Shown here: piece after piece, positions 1 to 11,272 of the stretch | Position numbering within the stretch: the stretch's first letter is position 1 | How the letters are laid out: each line of letters begins with the position of its first letter | Origin: a virus | Taxonomy: Duplodnaviria; Caudoviricetes | Virus record (IMG/VR): IMGVR_UViG_3300021400_000262 | Coordinates: 32,001 to 96,000 of that record | Strand: one strand, 5' to 3' | Length of the DNA: 64,000 bases | Translations under genes and position numbers: made by a program | Notes under the pieces: generated by a model | Told to the model about the DNA's origin: nothing | The model's database searches: none | The model's input: only the letters and a program-made list of their open reading frames with translations

Positions 1-60
1 AAGCTGATGCAGTTCCTCATCATTCTTGCGAAGAGCTTCTACGATTTCATTGATAGTCAT
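1..60 (-). CDS. small hypothetical protein, truncated at window edge (MTINEIVEALRKNDEELHQL...)
   Basis: ATG at 60 with AGGAGA upstream on the minus strand; lies just downstream of the promoter at 90-118. Confidence 0.6.
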   Translation of the reverse strand, partial: MTINEIVEALRKNDEELHQL

Positions 61-114
61 TTTGTTTTCTCCTTTCTTCCTGTATCTTTACTATAGCAGA
101 TTTTATTTGTTTTG

Positions 115-363
115 TCAAGACCAAAGTTTAATCATGATTTTTTCTTTTAAAGTTTTTTCTTTTCTTCTGAAGCCAGAACCGTTCGTTTCAATCATTCCAT
201 TTTTTGCCATTTCCTCAGCAACCTTGTCAATTTCTTCCGCTTCAAACTGAGCGAACCATGAATCTTTTAACTCCCACCAGTGCCACGAATGCCAGTTTAA
301 ATCATTTTTCTGTAATAAGGAATAGATTCTCATAGCTACTTCAAATTTCTGTTCGTTTTTCAT
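115..363 (-). CDS. hypothetical protein (MKNEQKFEVAMRIY..., 82 aa)
   Basis: track ORF 115..552; start moved to 363 because of the GAGGAG site and the promoter at 394-422. Confidence 0.7.
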   Translation of the reverse strand: MKNEQKFEVAMRIYSLLQKNDLNWHSWHWWELKDSWFAQFEAEEIDKVAEEMAKNGMIETNGSGFRRKEKTLKEKIMIKLWS

Positions 364-451
364 TTTCTGTTCTCCTCTCTTGTTTGTACCTTTATTATAG
401 CCGATGTTTCCCAGTTTGTCAAGCGTTTTTTTTGGTATTTCAAGAAGTAAA

Positions 452-688
452 TTACTTCTTGAAACGCCATTCCTTATAAGACACTGTCCATTCTTCGTAC
501 TCGCTATCATCGTAAACATCAGTACCGCTTGTAAAAGTTTTTGTACCTTCACGAGTTTCGAACATATCAGGATACTTTTTTATAGTGCTGTAAGACACAG
601 GAGCGTAGAAATAGAAATCTGTCCAATCAGTACCCTTGCCACTTCTTTTTGCCTCTTCCACTTTTGCTCTTGTTTCTGCTCTCATCAT
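452..688 (-). CDS. hypothetical protein, 78 aa
   Basis: ORF with GAGGAG site behind the promoter at 719-747. Confidence 0.7.
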   Translation of the reverse strand: MMRAETRAKVEEAKRSGKGTDWTDFYFYAPVSYSTIKKYPDMFETREGTKTFTSGTDVYDDSEYEEWTVSYKEWRFKK

Positions 689-771
689 TTTCTTTTTCTC
701 CTCTCTCTTGGTATCTTTAGTATACTATAGACCGGGCAAAAAGTCAATAGTTTTTAAAAAAAGTTTTCAGA

Positions 772-966
772 TTAACTGAAAACTTTTTTCTGACACGCGG
801 GACAAATTCCGCTAATTAACTGTTCTCTTTTTGTGGGCGATAAATCAGGCAACACATCCTGAATTAACCCCATTCCATTATACCAGAGGAAGAAACCTTC
901 TTCATTTTCAACAGACACTTTGTGTTCCTGTTCGCAAAAAGGACAAGTGATTAAAATGTCAACCAT
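772..966 (-). CDS. small putative zinc-binding protein (CPFC...CPAC)
   Basis: two CxxC pairs; AAGGAG site; overlaps the end of the upstream ORF. Confidence 0.7.
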   Translation of the reverse strand: MVDILITCPFCEQEHKVSVENEEGFFLWYNGMGLIQDVLPDLSPTKREQLISGICPACQKKVFS

Positions 967-1144
967 TGTTCTGCTCCTTTCCCTGATAAGGCTTCATAAA
1001 TCTATCTGTCTGTGAGTCCTCTTCGAAACAAGCCTTGTAAGTTCCACCAAACTTAGCGACTACATTCTTTACCTGCTCAAGTGTGGTAAACGTGTTCTTT
1101 GTCTTGTTGTCCTTGGCTGTCCATTCGTAGTATACTCTCGTCAT
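959..1144 (-). CDS. hypothetical protein, 61 aa
   Basis: ORF with GAGGT site behind the promoter at 1177-1205. Confidence 0.7.
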   Translation of the reverse strand: MTRVYYEWTAKDNKTKNTFTTLEQVKNVVAKFGGTYKACFEEDSQTDRFMKPYQGKEQNNG

Positions 1145-1214
1145 TGCTTTTACCTCTCTTTTCTTTTTCTATTATTATTATAATAAATTTTTTTTTATTT
1201 GTCAATAGTTTTTT

Positions 1215-1373
1215 TTAGATTGCCGCAAGTGCCTGCTCAAGCGCACGCTCTTCTGCGACAAGCTCGCTGTCAAGGTCGTAGTCCTTGCTGTCCCATCCAT
1301 CCTTCATCGCAAGGAAGAATCTTCTGCGTTCTACTGCTTCAAGTCTTTTCTTCAGCTCTTCTCTCTTCGTCAT
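1215..1373 (-). CDS. small hypothetical protein, 52 aa (MTKREELKRLEAVERRRFFLAMKDGW...)
   Basis: translated by hand; GAGAGGA site; behind the promoter at 1418-1446. Confidence 0.65.
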   Translation of the reverse strand: MTKREELKKRLEAVERRRFFLAMKDGWDSKDYDLDSELVAEERALEQALAAI

Positions 1374-1500
1374 TGTCTTATCCTCTCTTTCTTTCTCTCT
1401 CTCTTTCTTACGTCTATAGTATAGCGTCTTTCCGGGATTTTGTCAAGCCGTCAAATTGCACAAGCTTTCGCAGTCTTTTTTGTGCAAGGTGCCTATTGCT

Positions 1501-1534
1501 AAAAATTCGCGCCGTGGCAGCCACCGACGGCGCG
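1501..1534 (-). terminator. probable intrinsic terminator after gene 1565..1879
   Basis: CGCGCCGT/ACGGCGCG stem followed by a short T run on the minus strand. Confidence 0.45.
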
Positions 1535-1564
1535 GCGGGTTTTGTCTGGTTATAGATAAAGGGT

Positions 1565-1879
1565 TTAGCAGTACGCTAAACCCATCGTGCGCCAGCCCAG
1601 CACGCTAATCTGATTGCATGCCCTGCCGACCTCAAGAGCTTCTCTCTTGGTCGCTACCCTGTGGCTCTTGTCGATGTAGTACACACCCTCGCTGTACCAC
1701 ACGCCACAGTTACCCTCGTACTCTTTGATGTAATGCATGGCTTTGCGTGCGCTCTTGGTCTCCTTACCCTCAGTGGCTACCTGCCAACCGCTCTTATAGG
1801 TGATGCTTACGAAGCGCTTGAGCGTCAGTCCATCGTTGTTCTTCAGTGCCTTGAGTGTTGCTGTGGTGATGTTCTTCAT
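1565..1879 (-). CDS. hypothetical protein, 104 aa
   Basis: clean ORF with GAGAGGG site behind the promoter at 1908-1936. Confidence 0.75.
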   Translation of the reverse strand: MKNITTATLKALKNNDGLTLKRFVSITYKSGWQVATEGKETKSARKAMHYIKEYEGNCGVWYSEGVYYIDKSHRVATKREALEVGRACNQISVLGWRTMGLAYC

Positions 1880-1944
1880 TGTGTGTCCCTCTCTTTCTTA
1901 CGTCTATAGTATAGCACTGAAGCCCGGTTTTGTCAAGAGTTTTT

Positions 1945-2124
1945 TTAAATTCTTTCACTCTTCAGAATCTCTGCGCAGCAGTTCATCAGCGTGCAGTTTA
2001 CAGACAGTCTGTCGGTCTCCCAGTCTTCCACGATCTCATCAGTGTCAAGATAGTGAATGGTTACTCTGACCTTGTAGTTTTCCATCTTGTCATTGCAGGT
2101 AGCTTTCTTGAAGAAGTTGAACAT
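1945..2124 (-). CDS. small hypothetical protein, 59 aa (MFNFFKKATCNDKMENY...)
   Basis: translated by hand; AAGGAG site; behind the promoter at 2177-2205. Confidence 0.6.
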   Translation of the reverse strand: MFNFFKKATCNDKMENYKVRVTIHYLDTDEIVEDWETDRLSVNCTLMNCCAEILKSERI

Positions 2125-2556
2125 TGTTTTTATCTCCTTTTCTCTTGGTCTGTATCTCTCTCTTGCTTACATCCATAGTATAGCACCTGCCCGGTTATTT
2201 GTCAAGCGTTTTTGCAAAAAATTTTTTATTTTTTTTAGGATTATTTTCTCTTAATCGGTGCATTATCATTTTGCACGAAAGTTTTTGCATCCTTGCAGTT
2301 ACGCAAATACGGCTCGTCGCGCTAGACAACGAGCCGCTGTTTAGGGGGTGCGCCAGTAGGCCTTCACGAGAGACCCAAAGAAAGGCGACAATAGAGGGGC
2401 GGTGTATTTTGGGAAAAAAATTTTTTCGACTGAGCAAAATGGTTTTGCCTGGCTAATTCTCCTACCAAGTATTTTTACATTTTCGAAGAACAAACCTCTC
2501 CTTTTCCCGTCATGCAAAAAATTCTAATTTCAGGAAAAATCAAAAAAGGAGTCTCT

Positions 2557-2838
2557 TTAATCCATTACCAAATCATAAAAATAATGCCACACAAAACCAC
2601 TTGAATCAATGTAAGTTCCTAAATAATTATCTATATTTACTCCACCTACTGGCCATCCAGTTCCAATACAATGAATTTCCCAATGACAATTTTTTATTTT
2701 TCCCAAATTATCATCGACCACAGCCCATAATACTGGCCATCCTCTTTGCTCTTTAATATCTAAAAATTTAATAATAGGATTAGTAATAAAAGTTGTATTT
2801 CCTTCTACTCCAAGAGGGTACTTATAAATAACAGCCAT
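2557..2838 (-). CDS. hypothetical phage protein, 93 aa
   Basis: ORF coupled (TAATG overlap) to the upstream SLOG gene. Confidence 0.75.
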   Translation of the reverse strand: MAVIYKYPLGVEGNTTFITNPIIKFLDIKEQRGWPVLWAVVDDNLGKIKNCHWEIHCIGTGWPVGGVNIDNYLGTYIDSSGFVWHYFYDLVMD

Positions 2839-3260
2839 TAAACTCTATAAACCTCCAATAACTTCCCTTTTTCTTTAGCATAATTCATAGTATAATAGGT
2901 GCCGCCGCCTGGTTCTCCGTCCCAGACAGCAAGAACACCTTCAGATCTATCAACAACAATTTCATCTCGAACTAAGTAGCAATTATAATAATATTTTCCA
3001 CTCAACCAAACCAAAAGAGAGCAAGAATCAACAAGCTCTTGTTCAACAGTTGTTAATTTTTTTCTATAAGGATAAACACAAATATAATTTATTCCCAAAT
3101 CTTTAGCGGCCTGGGCGGCAATTTGATCCACTCCCTGTGCCATACCCGTGATAACCTCACTGGGTCTAATTTCTTTAAACTTCTTAATAAACCATTCATA
3201 AATTTCTTGCTCATGACCGACGATCCTCCCAGGTCTGTGCCCTGTTACAGCTAATCTCAA
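2838..3260 (-). CDS. YspA-like SLOG family protein
   Basis: motifs AVTGHRP, TGMAQGVDQIAA, RDEIVVD, AVWDG-GGT-YT typical of YspA/SLOG; TTG start. Confidence 0.8.
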   Translation of the reverse strand: MRLAVTGHRPGRIVGHEQEIYEWFIKKFKEIRPSEVITGMAQGVDQIAAQAAKDLGINYICVYPYRKKLTTVEQELVDSCSLLVWLSGKYYYNCYLVRDEIVVDRSEGVLAVWDGEPGGGTYYTMNYAKEKGKLLEVYRV

Positions 3261-3525
3261 AATTTAACACTTCCTTTATTTTCTGAATATCTGGATTAAA
3301 ACATTTTTTAAAATTTGGGCGCGGAATACTTTTCAAGCATCCAGCGGAACCATCCTTGTTATAATAGAAGTTGCGGCAATACAAACAACCAAAATTATCA
3401 GTAATTAATTGTAAAAGAGTTGCGGCCGGGCCTCTCTAAGATTTCTTAAGTTTGGATGACATCATTGTCCAGGCGCCGCAAGCAACTCCTAGCCAATAAG
3501 CAAATATAAATTCTAAAAAAGACAT
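3211..3525 (-). CDS. hypothetical protein with N-terminal hydrophobic segment (one internal TAG)
   Basis: ATG 3525 with AGAGGA site; open to TGA if TAG is Gln; overlaps the next gene by 50 bp. Confidence 0.4.
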
Positions 3526-3595
3526 AATCTTCCTCTTTTATTTTTTTCTTTATATAATAATTATAATAAAAAATTTTTAAAAAATCAATAAAAAT

Positions 3596-3624
3596 TTGAC
3601 TTTTTTTTGAAAAAATGGTACATA
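3596..3624 (+). promoter_or_regulatory. putative sigmaA-type promoter at the strand switch
   Basis: TTGACT-17 nt-TACATA with extended TG; a divergent TTGATT..TATAAT lies at about 3560-3588. Confidence 0.5.
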
Positions 3625-3655
3625 GAACAGGAAGTTAATCTTAGGAGGTAAATAG

Positions 3656-4720
3656 ATGAAATTAGATTATACTATTGAATCTCCAGAAGAAAGAAACGAA
3701 TTAGTAAAAAAGATTCTTGCGGAAACGCCAGATCCAACTCCAGCTTATTTAGAGATTTTAGCCAATTATCTTGTTTTTTGTATGGAAAAGCAAGAAAAGA
3801 AAGAAAGAAAAATTGTAACTGAGAATAGACAAAAAACAATTAGTGATCATGAGTTTTCTTTTGAAGGGTTAGTTTCTCAATTAGAAAATGGCGAAGATGG
3901 TATATACGGATTAATTAATGAAGATAAATAGCAAATTTTTAAACCTAAAGTTAGTATTACAAAAAAAGATTTAAAAGAAATTCCCGAATTAAGATAGATA
4001 GGACAAGCCATTGAAATGTGGGAGAAAAAATCTAAAACCGCCACAGGAAGAGATGCTTATATTATAAGACAAGCAATTATAGAATTAAGAAAAGACCAAT
4101 ATGAAGTAAAAAAATCTTATCGTCGCCCTATACGATTTACTAAAATTTCTCATACTACTTTTCCCAATCGTTTAGAAGAGTCTTTTACATTAAATGATGA
4201 AAATTATGTTATTCCTTCTGGAGTTTCTTTATGCGATCCAAAAATATGTTCTTATATATTATGTAATTATTCCAAATTAAAAGAAGATGGATGGGGACAT
4301 TTTGATGGAGATCTTTATTATTTAATGGAATCTTTTGATGATTGCGCCGACCGTGCTTTAAAAAATTATCCTGTTTATGAAGAAATTGTTACTTGTAAAA
4401 TAGATGGCATGTAGAATGCGGAAATCCAAAAAATTTTAGAAGAGAAATTTAATATAAAGCATAGTTTAGAATATATATCTAGTCTTTGGCGAAAAAAAAT
4501 ACCTGGTTTAATAGCTTCTACTGCGGAAGATGACATTTTAGAATGGTACTTTTTTAATGTCAAAAAAGGTAAATATAAAAAATGTAGCCGATGTGGTCAA
4601 ATTAAATTAGCTCATAACAAATATTTTAGTAAAAATAAGACAAGTAAAGATGGCTTTTATAGTATCTGTAAAAATTGTCGAAATGCAAAGACCAAAGAAA
4701 AAAAGGTCAAAAAAGATTAA
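3656..4720 (+). CDS. putative DNA-binding protein (HTH-like segment plus C-terminal CxxC...CxxC zinc ribbon), 354 aa, TAG-recoded
   Basis: track ORFs 3656 and 4016 share a frame and end in TAG; frame runs to TAA 4720; CSRC...CKNC; AGGAGG site. Confidence 0.7.
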
Positions 4721-4760
4721 TTTTTATTAGAATGTTTTTATATAAAGGAGAGGTTTAATT

Positions 4761-5921
4761 ATGGCTGTAGAACAACAAAAATTTTGTGAAAAATGCCATC
4801 GAACCATATCTATTAAAGAATTTTATCGTTCAAATAATGAAGAAAAATATCCTGATGGTTATTTAAATCAATGTAAAAAATGCATGACTATGTTTGTTGA
4901 TAACTGGAATCCGCAAACATATTTATGGATTTTGCAAGAGGCAGATGTGCCTTATATTCCAGAAGAATGGGATAAATTACTTGCTTCTTATGGAAAAGAT
5001 AAAACAAAAGTCACTGGAATGACAATTATTGGTAGATATTTCTCTAAAATGCGTTTAAAACAATTTAAAGATTTTAGATGGAATGATACTGAAAGATTAC
5101 AAGAATTAGCTGATAAAAAAACAGAAGAGGCAATGAAGCGTCAAGGATATGGCGCAGTAGATATTGCTACTGTTATTAATGATAGAAAAATTGTTGTCCC
5201 AGAAGGCGGTTTTGTTGAACCAGAACCTCCAGAACCAACAAGAAACTTGGCTGATGATGGATATTTTGATGATAAAGATGAAGATATTGATTTAACTGCG
5301 GAAGACCGCACTATGTTAAAAATAAAATGGGGAAAATCCTATAAACCAGAAGAATGGGTAAGACTTGAGTAGTTATATCAAGAAATGTGTGAATCATATG
5401 ATATCCAAGGAGCTGGCCATGAAGATATTTTAAAATTAGTTTGCAAGACTTCATTAAAAGCAAATTAGTTAATTGATATGGGTGATGTTGATGGCGCTTA
5501 GAAAATGTTAAAAATGTATGATTAGCTTATGAAAAGTGGAAAATTCACCGCTGCTCAAAATAAAGCTAATGAAGATGGAGTCCTTAATTCTATTTCAGAA
5601 TTAGTTATGATTTGTGAAAAAGAAGGATTTATCGAACGCTATTATACAGATGGACCTAAAGATAGAGTTGATGAAACAATAAAAGATATGAAAGATTATA
5701 CTAGATCTCTTGTTGTTGAAGAAATGAATTTAGGTAATTTAATTGAAAACGCTGTTAAAGAAATGGCTATGCAAGAAGCTAAAGAAGAAGATGAAGATGT
5801 TGAAGATGAATTAAGTTTAGAAGAAATTGAAGCCTTAAAAGATCAAGATTATCTTGAATTCAACGATTTTGTTGACGCTGAACATGAAGATGATGAAGAT
5901 TTATTTAAGGAGGATGAGTAA
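4761..5921 (+). CDS. zinc-finger protein, candidate terminase small subunit, 386 aa, TAG-recoded
   Basis: CEKC...CKKC N-terminus, acidic tail, directly upstream of the large terminase; function inferred from synteny only. Confidence 0.55.
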
Positions 5922-5923
5922 AA

Positions 5924-7660
5924 ATGGCATTAAAAGATTTACTTGACCTCTCTAAACAAAGAAAAAAGATTGGTGTTTCTGAAGAGCGTATTCATCAAAT
6001 AATTCCAGAAGCAAGAAAGTATATTGCCTTTTGGAGAGAATATCCAGATTTATTTGTCGATTTTCTTCTTAAAATGGGGAACCCGCAAGATTTTAAATTC
6101 TATTTTTATTAGAGAGTGTTTTTGCGGGTGGCGATGCGACACCAGTACGTATACGCGGTATTCCCCCGTGCATATTCTAAGTCTTTTCTTTCTATGATGA
6201 TCCTGATGATTCGTTGTATTTTATATCCTAGATGCAAATTATTTGTTACTTCTGGAGGAAAAGAATAGGCTGCTGGAATTATGAAAGAAAAAGTTTAGGA
6301 AATATGTAATCTTATTCCAGCTTTTGAAAAAGAAATTAACTGGGGACGAGGAGTAACTCTTGAAGGTAAAGATTATGCGAAATATGTCTTTAAAGGTGGA
6401 TCTTATTTCGATAATATTGCGGCCAGGGAGAGCTCCCGTGGTAAGCGCCGACATGCGGGTGTAATCGAGGAGTGCGTAGGTGTCGATGGATAGATCTTAA
6501 ATGAAGTTATTGTGCCTACAATGAATATTTCTCGTATGTGTATGGATGGTACTTCTCATCCAGAAGAATAGTTAAATAAATCTCAGTTATTTATTACTAC
6601 CGCTGGATATAAAAATACTTATGCATATGATAAATTAATACAGTTTTTAGTTTGGCAAATTGTCCGACCAGAAAAAGCTATGATTATGGGTGGTACTTAT
6701 AGAGTACCTGTTTTAGTAAAACTTCTTGATAAAAATTTCGTACAAGACCTCCGCATGGATGGTACATTTAATGAATCTTCTTTTTAGCGTGAATATGAAT
6801 CTAAATGGTCTGGTACTGTTGAAGATGCTTTCTTTAATTCTGAATCCTTTGATAGAAACCGAATATTAAAACAACCTGAATATGAAGCTTCTGGTAGAAT
6901 AAGTAAAAATAGCTTTTATATTCTTTCAATGGATGTGGGTCGAAAAGGATGCGACTCAGTTGTATGCGTCTTTAAGGTGACGCCGCAAGCACAAGGCGTT
7001 TCTTTAAAATAGCTAATTAATATTTATACTTTTAGTGACGATCATTTTGAAGATTAGTGTATAAAAGTTAAAAAACTTTTTTATAAATATAAAGCAAAAA
7101 GACTCGTGGTTGATGCTAACGGTCTTGGTATTGGTTTTCTTGATTATCTTGTAAAATCTTAGATTGATCCAGATACCAATGAAATATATCCAGATTTTGG
7201 TGTTTATAATGATGAAGAAGATTATTATAAAAAATATCGAACTTAGAATTGCGAACAAGATGCAATTTATTAGATTAAAGCTAATGCTCCAATAAATAAT
7301 GAAGCTCATGCTAATGCTCAAACTTAGCTTTCTTCTGGAAAAGTAAAATTTTTACAAGATGAGCGTGTTGCAAAAACTAAATTATTAGGTACTGTAAAAG
7401 GTAATAATATGACTCCAGAAGAAAGGGCAGAATATTTAAAACCATTTACTTTAACTTCCATATTAAAAGAGGAAATGATGAACCTTCGTGAGGAAAATGA
7501 AGGTGTTAATATCATTTTGAAGTAGGCTAATAAAGGTATTAGAAAAGATAAATTTTCTGCTTTTGAATATGGTCTATATTATATAAAACAAGAAGAAGAT
7601 AATAAGAAAAAGAAAAAGCGTTTTAATGCTAAGGATTGGAAGTTCTTTAGTAGCATATAA
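5924..7660 (+). CDS. terL: terminase large subunit, 578 aa, TAG-recoded
   Basis: FYFY(TAG=Q)R adenine-binding motif, Walker A-like PRAYSKS, Walker B GVIEE, ITTAG, nuclease motifs SMDVGR and KDKFSA. Confidence 0.9.
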
Positions 7661-7681
7661 AGATGAAAGGAGGTTGACCTT

Positions 7682-8038
7682 ATGGATGCAAGCAGAGGCG
7701 AAATGAAGATACATGAAATTCTAGAATAGTCTGGATTGAAGTATGTAATGGAATATAGTATCGAAGGATTAAATAGCTCCAATGGAAAACCTCTTCGTTT
7801 TGATTTTGCTATTTTTGACGATGATGGGAATTTAGATTTTTTAATAGAATATCAAGGAAAACAACATTATGAACCTAGTGCAAAATTTGGTGGAAAAAGA
7901 GGATTTTATTAGCAGCAATATAATGATAATAAAAAACGTAGATTTTGTGCTTTAAATGATGTTAAATTAATAGAAATTCCATATACAGAAGAAAATCTTA
8001 TTACTTATGATTATATAATGCATAAAGCAGGATATTAA
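7682..8038 (+). CDS. Vsr/DUF559-like PD-(D/E)XK endonuclease, 118 aa, TAG-recoded
   Basis: SRGE..I, LRFDFAI, LIEYQGKQHY, DNKKRRFC, LIEIPY pattern; AAGGAGG site. Confidence 0.75.
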
Positions 8039-8057
8039 TTTTTTAGGAGGCTGAATA

Positions 8058-9728
8058 GTGAAAAATAGATAGGAAAAAATTCGCTCCAAAGGATTTAATA
8101 TCACTAATACTAGATAGAGTAATGAAGGGCCATTAGATTATAATTCTATTAAAATAGGCATGAAAACTTTAGAAGATGCTGTTTTAAATTTAGGCTCTTT
8201 ACGCAAGATTGGTAACAGAGGGTATGGAGATAAAGTAAAAGTTTTACAAGCCATTAACGATCATAACCTTCCTTTGTTAAGAAGCATTTCTGAATTTTTC
8301 TATAATACAAGTGGTATTTATTCTCGTACTTGTGATTATGCAGCATATTTATATCGGTATGATTGGTATGTTGTTCCAGAAATTTTTGATAAAGAAAGTA
8401 AAACAGAAAAGATTGTTAAAGAATTTAGTGACATATTAACATATCTAGATAATTCTCATGTAAAAAAATTATGTGGAGATATAGCTTTAGATGTTATAAA
8501 ATATGGAGCTTATTATGGATATATTATTCCATCTTCTTCTGGACTAGTTCTGCAATAGTTGCCAATTAACTATTGCCGATCAAGATTTAGTATTGGAGAT
8601 ATACCAGTAGTAGAGTTCAATATGGCCTTCTTTGATGAGTGTTTTAGGGATGTTAATTATCGTATGAAAATACTTAAAATGTTCCCTGATGAGTTTAAAA
8701 AAGGTTATATACTTTACAAACAAAATAAATTAACCCCAGAATATATCGGAGATGATTATTATTGGGGCGGAAGAATTAATCGAGAGCATGATTTTTTAAG
8801 TTGTCGTGCGGGCGGGTGGTACCCGCTTGAACCAGGCAATACGGTGAAATTTTGCTTCAAGAATGGTGACTAGCCACTTTTCATTAATGCGATTCCTAAT
8901 ATCATAGACCTTGACGCAGGTCAAGACCTGGATCGCCGCAAACAAATGCAAGATTTAATGAAAATTGTTATTCAAAAATTACCGCTTGATAAAAATGGGG
9001 ATTTAATTTTTGATGTAGATGAAGCAAGAGATATTCATAATAATGCTGTTGAAATGTTACAACATGCTATTGGAGTTGATGTTTTAACAACATTCGCTGA
9101 TGTAGATATCAAAGATGTTGCAGATAAAAATTCTACAACATCAGATGATGATCTTGAAAGAATGGAAAGAACTGTTTATAATAGTTTTGGTGTTTCAAGG
9201 AACTTATTTAATACAGATGGTAATTTATCTTTGGAAAAATCTATTCTTGATGATGAATCTACATTAAAAACATTATTATTATAGTTTGGGACTTTTTTTG
9301 ATAAGGTTACTAAAGCTTTAAGTAAGAATAAAAAGAAATATAATTTTAGACTTTATATGTTGGAAACAACTTAGTATAATTATAAAGAGTTATCTAAAAT
9401 GTATAAAGAACAAGAGCAAATGGGTAAATCAAAAATGTTAGCACAAGTTGCTCTTGGACATTCACAAAGTGCGATTATACATACCGCATATTTTGAAAAT
9501 GAAATTCTTCATTTAAGTGAGTTAATGATTCCTCCTTTAATGAGTTCTACTTTAAATGCTGATGCAATTTTGGGTAAAAAAGATTAGAATAATGATTCAA
9601 AAACTCAAAATTCTTCAGAAGGAAATGTTAAAACTTAGAAGCTTTCTTCTGGTGAAGTTGGTAGACCTCAAAAAGAAGAAGGACAGAAAAGTGAAAAAAC
9701 AATCGCTAATCAAGAATCTATGAGTTAA
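8058..9728 (+). CDS. portal protein, 556 aa, TAG-recoded
   Basis: four same-frame track ORFs joined at TAG; GTG start after AGGAGG; size, position after terL and a C-terminal GRP tail. Confidence 0.8.
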
Positions 9729-9737
9729 GGGGGAAAC

Positions 9738-11252
9738 ATGAAACATACAAGTGTAAAATTAAACACACCAAGTGAATTCATTAAATTAACTCCTATTAAC
9801 CCCTTGGTTTCTAAATGCGAAATTAAAGTTTGTTATGTTAGTGATGAACCAAATCGTAATAGAAGCGTTATTACTAAAGAAGTAGCTAAGAAAATAGCTA
9901 ATACAATTCCAGGAACTCCAATCGTTGGTTATTATAATCAATATAAAGGTGATTTTGAAGAACACAATCGTACAATTTCAATAAAAAATAACGAAATCAT
10001 TATTGAAGATGCAACAAGACCTTATGGCTTTGTTGATTTTAATGCAAAATGTTGGTTTCAATGGTTTCGTGATGACGATGGTGTTGATAGAGAGTATTTA
10101 ATGACCGAAGGTTGGCTTTGGACAGGTCAATATCCAGAAGCACAAAGGGTTATTGATAAAGGTAATAATTAGTCTATGGAATTAGATAAAAATTTATTAA
10201 ACGCTTGGTGGACAAAAGATAATAATGGTAAACCAATGTTTTTCATTATTAATGAGGCAGTAATGTCTAAGCTCTGTATTTTAGGTGAAGAAGAAGAACC
10301 TTGCTTCGAAGGAGCTAGTATTTCAAGTGTTTAGTTCTCATTAACAAAAGATTTTAATTATTAGCTTTAGAGAATGAAGGATCAATTAACAGAGTTATTA
10401 AATAATAAAGGAGGAGCGCAAGTGTTTACTACATACGCAGTAACAGTTGGAGATGCTCTTTGGACTGCATTATATAGTCATTTAAAGACAGCTTATCAAG
10501 ATGTTTATTCTATTGCTGGTATCTTTGAAGACGATAATCAGAAATATGCAGTCCTTAAAGATAATTCAGCTGAGAATAAATATGTTCGCTTGAACTTCTC
10601 ATTCTCCGAGTCAGACGGATTTTCTGCTGAAGAGAATGTAAATGAAGTTGAGTATACTCCTGCAGAAGAACCTCAGTTTTCTCTTTCTGAAGTAGAAGCT
10701 TTTGAGCTTACTTTTAAGAAGGATGAGGATCCAGAAGATGGAGAAAAGGACAAAAAAGATAAATCTGAAGGAAATAATCCTGATAATCCTACAGAAGATC
10801 AAAAAGAAAAAGAGGAAGAAGAAGATGATAAAAAGAAAACTTCTTATTCTTTAGAAGAATATAATGATCTTCTAACAAAATATACTGATTTAGAAACTAA
10901 ATATAATACTTTAGTTGAAGAAAAAGTACAATTAGAATCTGAGCTTCAGCCGCTTAGAGAATTTAAACTTGCGGCAGATCGCAAGGCTAAAGAAGAAATG
11001 ATTAATAATTTCTACTGGCTTGATGATGAGGCTAAGAAAGATGTTCGTGAGAACATTGATACATATTCTTTAGATGATATTGAATCAAAACTTTCAATTC
11101 TTAGTGTTCGCAATAAGGTGAATTTTAACCTTGAAGATGATAGTACTCCCAAGGGGCCAATAACTTACAACCTTCATGCAGATGATTTTGGTGATGAATC
11201 TGTTCCTGCTTGGGTAAAAGCCGTCTTAGATACTGCGAAGACTTTAAACTAA
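9738..11252 (+). CDS. prohead protease-scaffold fusion, 504 aa, TAG-recoded
   Basis: N-terminal NRNRS..PIVG..H, N(TAG=Q)SMEL, LCILG..EPCFEGA; acidic coiled-coil C-terminus; lies between portal and capsid genes. Confidence 0.8.
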
Positions 11253-11272
11253 TTAAGGAGGAATGACAGATT

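Larger units (their letters stand above)
1399..1915. repeat. 27-bp identical direct repeat CTCTCTTTCTTACGTCTATAGTATAGC (1399-1425 and 1889-1915)
   Basis: exact match covering the -10 box and leader of two promoter cassettes. Confidence 0.85.
90..2205 (-). promoter_or_regulatory. array of seven consensus sigma70/sigmaA-type promoters (90-118, 394-422, 719-747, 1177-1205, 1418-1446, 1908-1936, 2177-2205)
   Basis: each reads TTGAC(A/T)-17 nt-TATA(A/C/G)T on the minus strand and lies just upstream of a small ORF. Confidence 0.85.

Noticed and set aside
26-2456. Plus-strand ORFs in the left arm
   Set aside because: They are antisense to minus-strand genes that have promoters and SD sites
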